DNA of 64,000 nucleotides from positions 4,836,001 to 4,900,000 of the forward strand of contig CP075494.1 in NCBI GenBank assembly GCA_021613535.1, written 5' to 3'. Below are positions 27,484 to 39,702 of this stretch, piece by piece. Both the position numbers and the translations under genes were made by a program. This DNA comes from Adineta vaga. Taxonomy: Eukaryota > Animalia > Rotifera. Under the pieces are notes generated by a model that searched no databases, had not been told where the DNA came from, and worked only from the letters and a program-made list of their open reading frames with translations. Every line of letters begins with the position of its first letter. The stretch's first letter is position 1.

Positions 27484-28515
27484 ATGGTCTCATCATCATT
27501 GATTTCTACATTGACTCATATTACTCGACAGATTAATATCTTTGCTGGTATTTCTATCTTCACCGTAGGAGTTATCGGTAGTTCACTCAATATCATTGTT
27601 TTTCTCAGTTAAAAAACTTTTCGACAAAATTCTTGTGCTTTTTATCTCATCATTATGTCATTTGTTAACATTGGTCAGTTAATTATTGGTTTACTTTTTC
27701 GTAGTGTCAGTAATATATTAAACAACGATTGGTCACAATCCTCTCTCATCTATTGTAAATTACGTAATTATCTTCTTGTCGTCTTCACTAACATATCAAT
27801 GTAATGTATGTGTTTTGCAACCATTGATCAATACTTAGCTACATGCCATCGTCGACGTTGGCAACATTGGACTAGTCTACGAGTTGTTCGTTGTATTTCA
27901 ATTGTTTCAACTATCTTTAGTCTCCTAACAGCAATTCCATGTCTGATTTATTACACGCATTATATCTCATCTGTCACGGGACAAGTAACATGTACAATAA
28001 CTGATGTCATCTTTATTCGAGTAAACATTATTTTCTATCGTTTGATAATGAGTAATATTTTACCTCTCATTATTGCATCTGTTTTTGGAATATTAACATA
28101 TTACAATGTCAAACAAATTCCTTATCGAACAGTTCCACTTGTTCGACGTGAACTTGACAAACAATTAACCATCATGATTCTTATACAAGATGCATTTACT
28201 GTTATCACTCTGCTACCAATAATAACATTAGGATTTATATCTCTGAATCCAAATGTTAATCAAGATCCTCTTGCTAATGCCGAGTTTCAATTAGCGAATG
28301 TTATCGCTGTAATGTTCTACTATTTATATTTTGGTGTAAGAATCTAACATTTATATTCCTATTTGTTTATTTGCTTATCTATTGTTTAGAGTCCTTTCTA
28401 TGTTTATATTTGTGCATCTGAACGATTTCGTCAACAACTAAAACATGTTCTATTCGTACATCGATTTCGACCGTTCACAATCAATGTTAATCAAATTGCA
28501 CCACAAATAAAATGA
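27484..28515 (+). pseudogene. Class A GPCR pseudogene
   Basis: Full 7TM frame (SLNIIVF, YCKLRNY, TIDQY, DKQL, PFYVYICASERFR) with in-frame TAA at 27610-27612 and 27802-27804. Confidence 0.85.
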
Positions 28516-28990
28516 ACTTTTTCTCGTAATTTCAAGAATGCAGCGACATCAACTATCATGATTTAATCAAACGAGTTACATTCAATAATGGAGTTATTGT
28601 TCAAGGAATCGAAAAACTCATTTAAGTAAAATATGAAATATTTTCTCATCAATAAATTTACTCGATCAATTCTATTTCTCCATGTCAGAAAGATATAAAA
28701 TGTGTTTTAATATTCAATTCAATTCAATTCAATCAAGAAAACCTTGAATATCTTTTGTTTATACGTTTCTTTTTGTATATTCTGTGAAGACATTATTCAA
28801 AATATTTTTTTTCTTGCGTTCTGTCGATGAACAAAAAGAAAACTATAGAAACGTGGTTGCGCACCTACGCATACTTTCTTCATATTTTAACATATACTAC
28901 CACTCTTTTGATGTGCGCGTTTTTTTCTTCTCAGAAAATACGTCATCTTGGTAACTGGATGCATAAATTTTGAAAATATTTACTTGATAA

Positions 28991-30124
28991 ATGGAATTAA
29001 ACAAATGTAATACAATTTCATTGATTATAATCTTTCTTACGACATTTATATTTATGTTTTTTCTATCAAAATATCCATCCTATCTGCAATGGTCTTTCAA
29101 TCATCAATTTATTTTAAATCTCTTTGATTCCAGAAGTATAAATTCATATAAGAACATAACTTCCATTTCTTCGGGCAATACGTCGGATGTTTTATTAATA
29201 TATGTTTATGCCAATGTTCATGAACATGCATATGGAAATTTAAAATATTTTATTGATATTGCTGTTCGTGAAAATGATGGTGTTGATTATGTTTTTATAT
29301 TACAACAAACAGAAAATAAACCTATTGATGAAACAAAATTACCACGAATACCACACAGCAATGCATTTTATTTTCAACATGAGAATAAATGTTTTGATTA
29401 TGGAACTATGGGTTGGTTCTTTGATCAATATACTATTGGTAATCCATGGCAAAATAGTACTCCTATAACGCAATCTATGAATCTAAATAATGGTACGCAT
29501 CGATTATTTAATTTGATACAATACAAATATTTTATTTTTATGAATTCATCAATTCGTGGTCCATTCTTTCCTCCATATTTTCTTAAGTTTTTATCTGATT
29601 ATCAAATGGAATTTCATAAACCATTTTATTGGTATACGATTTTTACAAAACGTCTCAATAACAAAGTAAAATTAGTTGGTGGAACTATTAGTTGTATTCC
29701 TGTTCCACATGTTCAATCCTATTTCATAATAACAGATTTTACTGGGTTTTCAATTCTATTAAAAAGTTCAACCACCGCTGAGGGAAAAATTTTTGCCGGT
29801 GTGTTTGGATGTTATCCATCAAAGAGCGATACAACATGGATCAGCGAACTTGGAATTTCTAAATTAATACTTGAATCAGGGTATATGATGAGTAGTCTGA
29901 TGTCAAAACATCAGATGATTGATTTTGTTAAAAATGGTACCTATAAATGTCAAGTATATGAAAATCCATATTCAGATAAAAGTGTTGACGGAACATCGTT
30001 AGAACCGTATGATGTTGTTTTTGTTAAATATAATGCAAAAAAAACGACAACTGATGCACAAGATCGAGCAATGTTGTATCAAAGATGGATAGAAGAAACA
30101 AAGACAAATAATAGAACTTTATAA
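28991..30124 (+). CDS. Intronless type II membrane putative glycosyltransferase (RgpF/rhamnan-synthesis-like motifs)
   Basis: N-terminal signal-anchor; HENKCFDYG, FMNSSIRGPF, PHVQSYF and ELGISKLILESG parallel the RgpF-family motif order. The family call is motif-based only. Confidence 0.6.
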   Translation: MELNKCNTISLIIIFLTTFIFMFFLSKYPSYLQWSFNHQFILNLFDSRSINSYKNITSISSGNTSDVLLIYVYANVHEHAYGNLKYFIDIAVRENDGVDYVFILQQTENKPIDETKLPRIPHSNAFYFQHENKCFDYGTMGWFFDQYTIGNPWQNSTPITQSMNLNNGTHRLFNLIQYKYFIFMNSSIRGPFFPPYFLKFLSDYQMEFHKPFYWYTIFTKRLNNKVKLVGGTISCIPVPHVQSYFIITDFTGFSILLKSSTTAEGKIFAGVFGCYPSKSDTTWISELGISKLILESGYMMSSLMSKHQMIDFVKNGTYKCQVYENPYSDKSVDGTSLEPYDVVFVKYNAKKTTTDAQDRAMLYQRWIEETKTNNRTL

Positions 30125-30714
30125 CGTATAATTTTTATGTTTTTTTTTCCTTAATAAATTTTATCACATCTTTAGGGTGTGAATGAGAATTGTTGAAGGC
30201 TAGTTGTGATGATTGGTTCATGCTTTTGAATACTTGCGTTTAGAATTCAAACAAAAGTTTCAGAAGATGTCTTATGGTGATTAAATGAAGCCTTAAAATC
30301 CTTGTTTCTTTTCTATATAAACTCATATTCTCGTTCATTGTGAAGATACACTTTATAGAACTTTTCTTACAATGTGACGCTCGAAAAAGATGAAAAGATA
30401 ACCTGCTACTACACAATTAATCTGTTTCGCTGTTGTTGTAAAGTCCATAATGAGTCAACAATACTGCAGTAGCTGGCTAAAATTGTTTGCTGCTACCATT
30501 ATCTTCTTCCGACCTGCTATCAACATACCATAACAAAGAAAAAGAATACGAAAATGTGCGCATGCTCTGATAAAATACCTCTTCGTTTACTATCAGTCTC
30601 TCTAAAGATATAAAATATAAGTGGCTAATGAAATTCGCTTTCGCTTTTTATTTCATACGCATTTAGCAGTCATACCTTGAGTAATATTTCAAAGGATAGA
30701 ATATTCGTGCAAAA

Positions 30715-31628
30715 ATGAGTCGATACTTGGAAGGTGAAATTGGCAACAAAAAACTACCACCAATAGGTGCCTACTGGCAACATTCTTTATTTCCACTCGA
30801 ACAAGCTTTAGAACCTGTTATGGATCGTATTAATGGACTAGATCGATCCATTAAAGATGCTAAACGGTATTGCTGCTATCCATCAAAACATCAGTTGACA
30901 AAGGATGAGTCAGCTGCTGTGTATCTATATACGATGGAAGGTGGTGATAACAGCTTTTATCGTATATTAAATGAAGCTCTTCGCTCAGAAAATCGTCGAG
31001 CACTTCGATCATGGTTTGGCTTTCTTAAACTATTCGATACAGCCCTCGCCAAACTACCCGTCGTCAAAAGATCTGTTTGGAGAGGTATATCTGGAGATAT
31101 TAGTAAACAATTTAAGAGGGGTGAATTATTAACATGGTGGAGTATAAGTTCGTGTTCAACGGAACTAGAAGTTGTTCAAGATTTTCTCGGATCAAACACG
31201 AATGCCACTCTTTTGATGATTGAGACTAAAAATGCGAAAGATATTAGTGGATATACAAGTTTTCCCGATGAAAAGGAAATATTATTGGGACCAGGTACTG
31301 AACTGCGCGTGGAAAGTAATGCATTACACCATGGAGCTTTACATATCGTGCATTTGATTGAGGTACATGAGGGTAACGAAGACTCATTGTCAACTGCTAT
31401 GAGTTCTATGGAATTATTACCCAAATCGAAAAGTTCAGGTACAGTCACTGATGAACATTGTCTAAATTTTGTGATGAAATCTATTGTTTTATCAGAGAAG
31501 ACATGTATTTTTGTTTACACAATAGTATTTGAAAAGGGACTCTAATTCTTTTTCTACTGTAGGTAATCCACAATCGGCATGGACTTCGGCTTCTGCGGAG
31601 CCCACACTCAAAAAAAGCACAACAACAA
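30715..31628 (+). CDS. NAD+-arginine mono-ADP-ribosyltransferase (R-S-E clade); last exon unresolved
   Basis: AAVYLYT, VWRG, WWSISSCS and DEKEILL (ExE). No signal peptide. A probable small second exon (about 31563-31628) ends at a GTAAGT donor. Confidence 0.85.
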
Positions 31629-31790
31629 GTAAGTTTGCTCTCCAGCTATATCGGACATTCACTATCAGCTTAAAAGAACTACGGACGTCATTTCTCTTCA
31701 ATTCTTGGATGCTTTACACTTTGTCAATACATACGTGTATAAGATCGTTCGTGTGAGAAATGCGGTCGTTTGACCGTGTCTTGTTTGACA

Positions 31791-32706
31791 TGATGATCGA
31801 TGAGATGATCACCTGTCAGTGTGGACTTCGAAGTGAGCATCATAGTTGAACAGAGTAATGATGAGAATGATTGCTTTGTGATGTGATGATCGATGAGATG
31901 ATCAACTGTCAGTGTTGACTTCGAAGTGAGCATCATAGTTGAACAGAGTAATGATGAGAATGATTTCTTTGTGATGTGATGATCGATGAGATGATCAACT
32001 GTCAGTGTTGACTTCGAAGTGAGCATCATAGTTGAACAGAGTGATTCTGAGAATGATTTCTTTGTGATGTGATGATCGATGAGATGATCACCTGTCAGCG
32101 TGGACTTCAAAGTGAGCATCATAGTTGAACAGAGTAATGATGAGAATGATTGCTTTGTGATGTGATGATCGATGAGATGATCAACTGTCAGTGTTGACTT
32201 CGAAGTGAGCATCATAGTTGAACAGAGTGATGGTGAGAATGATTTCTTTGTGATGTGATGATCGATGAGATGATCACCTGTCAGTGTTGACTTCGAAGTG
32301 AGCATCATAGTTGAACAGAGTAATGATGAGAATGATTGCTTTGTGATGTGATGATCGATGAGATGATCACCTGTCAGTGTGGACTTCGAAGTGAGCATCA
32401 TAGTTGAACAGAGTGATTATGAGAATGATTGCTTTGTGATGTGATGATCGATGAGATGATCACCTGTCAGTGTTGACTTCGAAGTGAGCATCATAGTTGA
32501 ACAGAGTGATGGTGAGAATGATTTCTTTGTGATGTGATGATCGATGAGATGATCAACTGTCAGCCTGGACTTCGAAGTGAGCATCATAGTTGAACAGACT
32601 GATGGTGAGAATGATTGCTTTGTGATGTGATGATCGATGAGATGATCAACTGTCAGTGTTGACTTCGAAGTGAGCATCATAGTTGAACAGAGTGATTATG
32701 AGAATC
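31791..32706. repeat. 93-bp tandem minisatellite, about 10 copies
   Basis: Unit tgatgatcgatgagatgatca(a/c)ctgtcagtgt(t/g)gacttcgaagtgagcatcatagttgaacagagt...gagaatgatt(g/t)ctttgtgatg, seen as a 31-aa period in the minus-strand ORFs. Confidence 0.97.
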
Positions 32707-34635
32707 ATTCATTTATGATTTGGTTTTATATTTCATCACAAACTCTTAAGTTCGTTTTTGAGATGAACACTAGTTTTGATAACAAAAATACGTGTAGGAA
32801 ATGTAAGCATAATAATTATTCACAAAACAGAGTTATTTCACTTTCTCAGAGTTTTTAAAAGACAACGAAAAGTGACGAGAATTGTTTTTGAACTGAACCT
32901 TACGTATTGCTATAACTGCTGTTTTACTCGTTATCTGTTTCTGATTCTACCTCCAGTAGTTCAGTCGATCTGATTACCTATAGTTTTTGCGAGAGTTATA
33001 GTAGAATAGAAATGTAAATAACAATAATTTACAATCGAATGAAATATTGAAATACAGGATCTGTGAATCCTGCTTTTTTACAGCTATTTTGTGAATAAAA
33101 ACTATGGAAAATCACTCGGATCTCACTTTTCTCAAGAGTCTTTCGATATAAACAGTAGAACGGTTAGAAATTCTAAAAAATAGAACTAGTTTAACTATAA
33201 TCATTTAAAATCACGTTTCTTACTTTCATTTTCTAATACTCAAGTATTCATACGCAGCAGAGATTAAATCTATTATTCAGCTAACCTACTAATATGCCTG
33301 GGGAAACATCAAATGAACTTTTATACCACTAGAACCACATCTTTGTGTTACAGAGTTCGCTACTCTGAATACGTAGTTTTTGTCAGAGAGTTTTGAAAAA
33401 CAAACTCAAGCATATATGGTCATGTCATGCTTAGTCTAATACTTGAAAAATGGGAAAATGACTTTTCAACCATACTTCTATTTATTCAATTATATGGTAA
33501 ACTGCTATCGATCGCAAGATACATTTGCGATCATTTGGTATCGGGCAATACTTCTAAAGCGGTTAGCAAGAAAATTCAAAATAAAGAATGATTGACAGAC
33601 AGACATGAAAATCCATTATTCAGTTTCTATGACAATCAATTAAGTATTAATAGAACAGAACAACAGATAAAAAATTTCGAAGATGAATAAACGTTCATCC
33701 CATATCTACCATCACTCAATATTAGATGATTTTTCTTCTTTGTACATAATACTGATAAGCATAATCATATTAATGCTGTTGCTGACGTATACTTTTAATT
33801 ATTCATGACTCCTCACTGGAAATGTATAATATTATACCCGATAGTGAATTATTATCTGAGAAAAACAATTAAAATTAATATAAAAATCTATTATGATCAT
33901 ATCAATATTTATTTATGATAAGAGGTTTTCTCTTTTATTAACTTTTAAAGATTAATGTATATACAGTGTAATACAAATGCTACACTTTACTCTAATGTCA
34001 AAAGCTAAACTGAGTGTTATACGTTTGAACATACATAGAAATCGTTTTTTTAGGAGAAAGGATCTTGAAAGAAAAAGATCATATAAAGATAAAATGAACA
34101 TTATGAATATTTCAACCTATTCACACAATTTTATCTGTGATGATAATACTTATGAAAAGCAACACATTCTTACTTGGTGAACTAGACATTACATAGAAAA
34201 CATAAGAGAATCGTATGCATTTTTTCATGATATATTGCAAAGTAATTGCGTAATTGATCAAGAGAAGAAGTGAAAGTAAGTATTACTTCACAGAACATCG
34301 GTTCATTTCATCGATTGATATCTACGGCTTGTGCAGAAAGCGCTATACGTTTTATTGCTGTCGAAACAAATAACGTGTCTATTGTAAAGTTTTACGAAGG
34401 ATGAACTTCGACAATTATTTTAGAATGGTCATCTACAGAAAAAGAAAAAGAAACAGCATATCAATGTGCTTATCTTCTTCGACGCACACACATTGCACAA
34501 CATGTGTTGAATGCTGACGTTCAATGCCGACGATACATCTTCTACCTAGGCGTCTATTAGTCTGTGTAGAAATTGAGGGAAAGCGGGAAGAAAGATCATG
34601 AAAATGATTTGAAATCGCTTCAAGGAGGTATTGGT

Positions 34636-34850
34636 TTTCGAATTTTTATCACAACTTTGGCCAGTAAAATGCTGACACTTATTGTTTCACAGGGAGAGAC
34701 TATTAAGAATTTAAAGACAAAAATAGAAAAATAACGAAAGTATTTCATGTGATTATCAACGACTTACTCATGCGGTAAAGGAACTTAACGATAGTTACAT
34801 CCCTGCTGATTATGACGTCACGAAAAATGTCGCCATTCATCTCATTATTG
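34636..34850 (+). pseudogene. Ubiquitin-like domain remnant
   Basis: FRIFITTLASKMLTLIVSQGETIKNLKTKIEK* then, after a frameshift, SISCDYQRLTHAVKELNDSYIPADYDVTKNVAIHLII. This aligns by eye along the full length of ubiquitin. Confidence 0.75.
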
Positions 34851-34997
34851 ACTTGTTCGAAGGTACACTCGTTGACAATAAAAGTATTTTTTTTCTTTTG
34901 AATTAATTCCTTCAAGTAATAAACAAGATTTTGGTGTAAATTGAAGATCTACCTGACAAGCTATTTTACATATCAGTTGTTTTATATAAATATATGA

Positions 34998-35213
34998 TTG
35001 ATACAGAGTAATCGAGATTATGTTCTCTTTATTAAGCTTATTTTTTTGCTGGCATCTTCATATTTGATAGAATGTAGATTAATATCTGATGATTCAACAT
35101 TAAATTTAACGGAAGTCGCTTATCATAATGAACCCTCTGAGATTTATCTTGGCACTCCATCGCTTGTTCGTCTTTTCTTGCCAGTCGTGATTTTTTTGGT
35201 GCTGGATGTATAA
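34998..35213 (+). pseudogene. Truncated 5' fragment of a secreted bacterial-type sialidase/BNR-like protein
   Basis: Signal-peptide-like segment, then IYLGTPSLVRL and, in a shifted frame, LASRDFFG. This recalls the YIGSPSI...ASHDFFG start of bacterial exo-sialidase-like proteins. No continuation is visible. Confidence 0.4.
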
Positions 35214-35789
35214 TCGAAATTGGATACCAAAATTATATCCCATTTGACTTGAACTTATAGCTATTATTTTAGAATTAAATCAAACAACAAACAATCTTAC
35301 GTTTCTTTCTCTTATTCAAATTTACTCTTCGATATGACTCAATAACTTAAACATTTCTTTCATTAGTCAATCCAGTCACATCATTGCTTGATCCATACCA
35401 ACGAAATACTTTAAATTTATCCTATACAAGAGATTCAATGAATTTAACTAAATGAAATATTTTTGCTATTATTGATTACTATATGATGATACTGGTTTTC
35501 ACTATGTTGATTGACAATTTGATTCAAATGACGTATATAGTTCTTGTTACTACAATATTTTTTTATTTAATATATTTACACTTTATTTTTCTTCTTCTTC
35601 TGCCACTACAGTGAAATAAATTAACGAATGGACTTTTTCTATCAGTTGCGCAACTGCTTGTGGTGAGTGTGTGACGTTGGTATTTGCGCATTTGTTGCAA
35701 CTAGGAAGAACAGAACAAGACACGTACGCATACATTTTTCATTTTCTTCGAGACTTAGTTTTCTATTCGACGCAAACAAAGAATACTAC

Positions 35790-37278
35790 ATGATGGCAGG
35801 TGGTAATTCAAATCTCGGTATGTTTCCGGGAAAAAAGGATTTAGAAGCATGAAATATATTTTAATTAGATCTTGTATTTGCGATGGATTGTACAGGTTCG
35901 ATGGGTTCATATATTAAAAGTGCAACAGACAACATTCGTATGATTATTGATGAAATTGTTGTAAAAGAGAAAATAACTATACGATTAGCTCTCGTTGAAT
36001 ATCGTGATCACCCTCCTCAGGTTTCTATATATAATATGCGAAGAAATACATTTAATGTTAGATGTTTAGGATACTACATTTATCACTCGTGTACATGGTT
36101 TTACAAATACAGTAGCAGAAATGAAAGGATGGCTTGAACAATGCTCTGCTCAAGGTGGTGGTGACGGGCCAGAAGCAGTGGCTGACGCCCTTCATGATGC
36201 TTTAAACCTTTCGTGGCGTTCTACTGCTGCAAAAATTTGTATTCTCATTTCTGATGCACCACCTCATGGACTTGTTCGCGCAGGTGATAGCTTTCCAGAT
36301 GGATGTCCTCTAGGTCATGATCCACTTGGAATCGCTCGAAAAATGGTTGAACAAAATATTACTCTCTACACAGTTGGAGTCGAGCCATCGATCGGTAATT
36401 TTATGTGCAATCTAAACTCTTTTTCTACTACTATATTCTTTTTTATTCTAGTACCTTATCGTGATTTTTTCATGACACTTGCACATATAACAGGTGGACA
36501 ATATGTTCCAATGGTCGATGCAAATAAATTGGCTCAAATGATTATTGGAGGAGTACGTGAAGAAATTTCAATTGATCGAGTTATGAATACTTCTAAAAAG
36601 GACATTGCTCGTGAAATACGTAAAGCAACATCAGATGGTGTTGACGATCTTGAAACAGCCAAACGACTTCAAAAACTTTTCTCGCAAAAGAATATCGTAG
36701 TTAATCGTATGGCAAATGAAGCTGGAACACCATCAAAAGTAGCTGAAGAATGCTATGCAAAATGTGTTGATATGTCCGATATTCAACAGCAATATCAACA
36801 ATCGACACCAACAGTTTCAACAACAAAATCAACTGAGATGAATTACAAATTGGAAGAAGAAAAAACGGTTAGTTTAGAACAAGCTAAACGTATTGTTCAA
36901 AAAGCAAAAACTTGGGATTACTCATCTATTGATCTAAGTGAAGAAAAGACCACCAATACGCGTAGTAGTAGTACACAATGCAAACATGGAACGAGATGCC
37001 ATGATCATACTGAATATCATCGCGCAAGATTTTCACATCCAGACAGTACTAATTCATCTACACAACGAAACTATGAAACAAAATCCAGTCATCATAACAC
37101 CACACGAAACGACGGGGCTCTTATTCCGTGCAAATTCGAAGACAGATGTCGTGATCATAGTGATTCTCATCGAACAAAATATTCTCATCCTGAAAAAAAT
37201 GATCATCGTATAAAATGCAAGCATGGCTCAAGCTGTTATGATAATAGTGATTATCATCGCAACAAATATTCACATTAA
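35790..37278 (+). CDS. vWA-domain protein (vwkA-like) with three C-terminal PBZ-like zinc fingers
   Basis: Four exons; MIDAS DLVFAMDCTGSMG, EYRDHPPQD and GGGDGPEAV. Fingers: CKHGTRCHDHTEYHRARFSHP, CKFEDRCRDHSDSHRTKYSHP, CKHGSSCYDNSDYHRNKYSH. Confidence 0.85.
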
Positions 37279-37604
37279 ATTATCAGGCAATAATAGTCTT
37301 TTTACTTTATTTAAAATAATAAATCAGCTAATTAGTGTACGAAAAAACCCAAACGAGCATCAAGCAGTGTAATTTCGTCATCACAACATGTGTTTGATGA
37401 AAGGTTTTTTCCTTTTATTTTTTTCTCCTATGATGTCATAATACACCCTATTTTTGCGTTCTGACACATTACATAGTAGGTAGAAAGAAACAAAAAAAAA
37501 GGAATGTATAAGAACAACAAACATATCGTGCTCGCAATTCATTTGAATAAATTTTTTACTGTCGTTACTTACTAAAATCGAATAGGAAAAAAAGAACCAA
37601 CAAT

Positions 37605-39284
37605 ATGAATTATATAAAATTTGATTCGAATTCATCTGTTCAAGTGTATAAAATCGTAATTTATATAGATAAATACTTGTCAAAAGATGATGTTATGTTC
37701 ACAGCGATTGATATCCATGGACATCAACAATCTTTTACATCACCCATTTCGGGCTGTATAACTAAATTACACATTCATGAACAGGATATTCTTTCTTACG
37801 ATTCCATTATTCTTGAATATGAAGAATGTTCTCACTCGATTATTTACAGAAATTTATGTGCTGTTTGTGGTAAACATATACAACAAACAGATAACAGATT
37901 AGTACTATCAATGGAACCTGCATTTTCGACGTTAAAAAGTACGAGAAATGTAGCTGTAAAATATGATCATGACGAACGTTATCTTCTACTTCGTAAACGT
38001 AAGCTTCATTTACTAGTAGATTTGGATCAAACAATTGTTCATACGAGCAATTCTCCTAAACATCATACATCATCATCTGAGATTAATACGTTTCATTTGG
38101 ATCATCCAGTATCACAAACACTCCACGCAAAATTTCGTCCAGGTTTAAAAGAATTTCTGACAAATCTTCAACCCTACTATGTATTTCATATCGTGACATT
38201 TGGTGATCGACCTTATGCTAATACTATAGTCAAATTAATCGATCCAAATGGAACGTTCTTTTCTCATCGAATTTTATCACGTGATGAATGTATTAGTTTA
38301 ACAGATAAATCAGCTAATTTAGGTACACTTTTCCCTTCTGGTGATGCATTAGTATGTATGATCGACGATCGAGAAGATGTTTGGAGATATGCACCAAATG
38401 TAGTACGTGTCAAACCATATACATGGTTTGATGGCGTTGGTGATATTAACAGTACTTATTTACCAAAGATATCTCATACTAGTGTAATAAATGACAACGA
38501 TCATTATTTATGTCGATTAGAGATGATATTAAAACAGATTCATACAAAATTCTACCACATTTACGATAATCAATCAATTCAAAATAAATCCCGAATAATT
38601 CCAGATTTAAAACAACTCATACCAATGATTCGTCAGCAGATACTCAATTCTGTTTCTCTTTGTTTTTCTTATTTACTTCCACAAGATTATCCATTAGAAA
38701 ATTATCGTGGTACAATTATTGCTCAAGCAATGGGTGCAAAAGTCACTGCAGATTTACAACTGGATCCAAACAGCATCTATCGAACGACACATATTATTGC
38801 TGGAAGACACACATTGAAAGTACAAGAAGCGTTAAAAAATAATATTAAAGTTGTCACATTAGAATGGTTGCTTGATTGTTATGAACAATGGGAAAGACAA
38901 TCAGAAGATAACTATCGTCTTACTGCAGATTATAACGTTCAACAATGTCGATTGTTTGCAGAAATCACACCTCATATATACAAACGATCTCATGATGAAA
39001 TGCAACAACAAACATCTAGTGTTGAACAATCATTATTAAATGCCTGTTCGATGGATATTGACGAACGTTTTGATCTCTGCCACGAAATTAGTGATGATAT
39101 CAAAGAGATAAATATGCAACCATCGAAACGACAACGGACAATATCAGTAACAACATTTGATAACGTGAAAATAGATAATGATGATGATGAAGAAGAAGAT
39201 GAAGCTGGTTATGTTTCAGATGAAGAATATCTTAGTGATGATGAAGTACCTCGTGGTTGGCAAGATACCAGAAAACGAAGATGA
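37605..39284 (+). CDS. CTDP1: FCP1-like RNA polymerase II CTD phosphatase (intronless)
   Basis: CSH...LCAVCG, HAD motif LLVDLDQTIVH, RILSRDEC, MIDDREDVW, a BRCT domain (MGAKV...TTHIIA...VTLEWL) and an acidic tail. Confidence 0.88.
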   Translation: MNYIKFDSNSSVQVYKIVIYIDKYLSKDDVMFTAIDIHGHQQSFTSPISGCITKLHIHEQDILSYDSIILEYEECSHSIIYRNLCAVCGKHIQQTDNRLVLSMEPAFSTLKSTRNVAVKYDHDERYLLLRKRKLHLLVDLDQTIVHTSNSPKHHTSSSEINTFHLDHPVSQTLHAKFRPGLKEFLTNLQPYYVFHIVTFGDRPYANTIVKLIDPNGTFFSHRILSRDECISLTDKSANLGTLFPSGDALVCMIDDREDVWRYAPNVVRVKPYTWFDGVGDINSTYLPKISHTSVINDNDHYLCRLEMILKQIHTKFYHIYDNQSIQNKSRIIPDLKQLIPMIRQQILNSVSLCFSYLLPQDYPLENYRGTIIAQAMGAKVTADLQLDPNSIYRTTHIIAGRHTLKVQEALKNNIKVVTLEWLLDCYEQWERQSEDNYRLTADYNVQQCRLFAEITPHIYKRSHDEMQQQTSSVEQSLLNACSMDIDERFDLCHEISDDIKEINMQPSKRQRTISVTTFDNVKIDNDDDEEEDEAGYVSDEEYLSDDEVPRGWQDTRKRR

Positions 39285-39702
39285 TGATGATGAGAAGACA
39301 TGTTGACTAAAAACTTTGTATAAGTCCTAGATTATAGAATATATTTTTTTTATTCCATGTAAAATATTTATTCTTGTATACAAAGAAAAAACGTTCATTA
39401 ACACTTTTTTTCAATAAAGTATAACATCTAAATCAACAAAAGAAGATTTTTCTATGAAGAAAACAAAAAATACGTCAATCATGCTTGTTATTGTTTCTAA
39501 CATTTATTTTAACTATCATACAGAAATCATCACGTATAGTCTCTATTGAGAAATTTGATATGAACATGATATTCAGACTAGATAGTGTTGATGACAATAA
39601 ATATTCAAATAAAAAATATAGATTTTTATTCTCCCAAGTAGTATAAAAGATCAGAAGAACTACAGAAAACATGTCAGAAATAAACAATCTGTGAGAAAAG
39701 TG

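Noticed and set aside
31791-32706. CRISPR array
   Set aside because: Whole 93-bp units repeat with no unique spacers; no cas genes; eukaryotic context.
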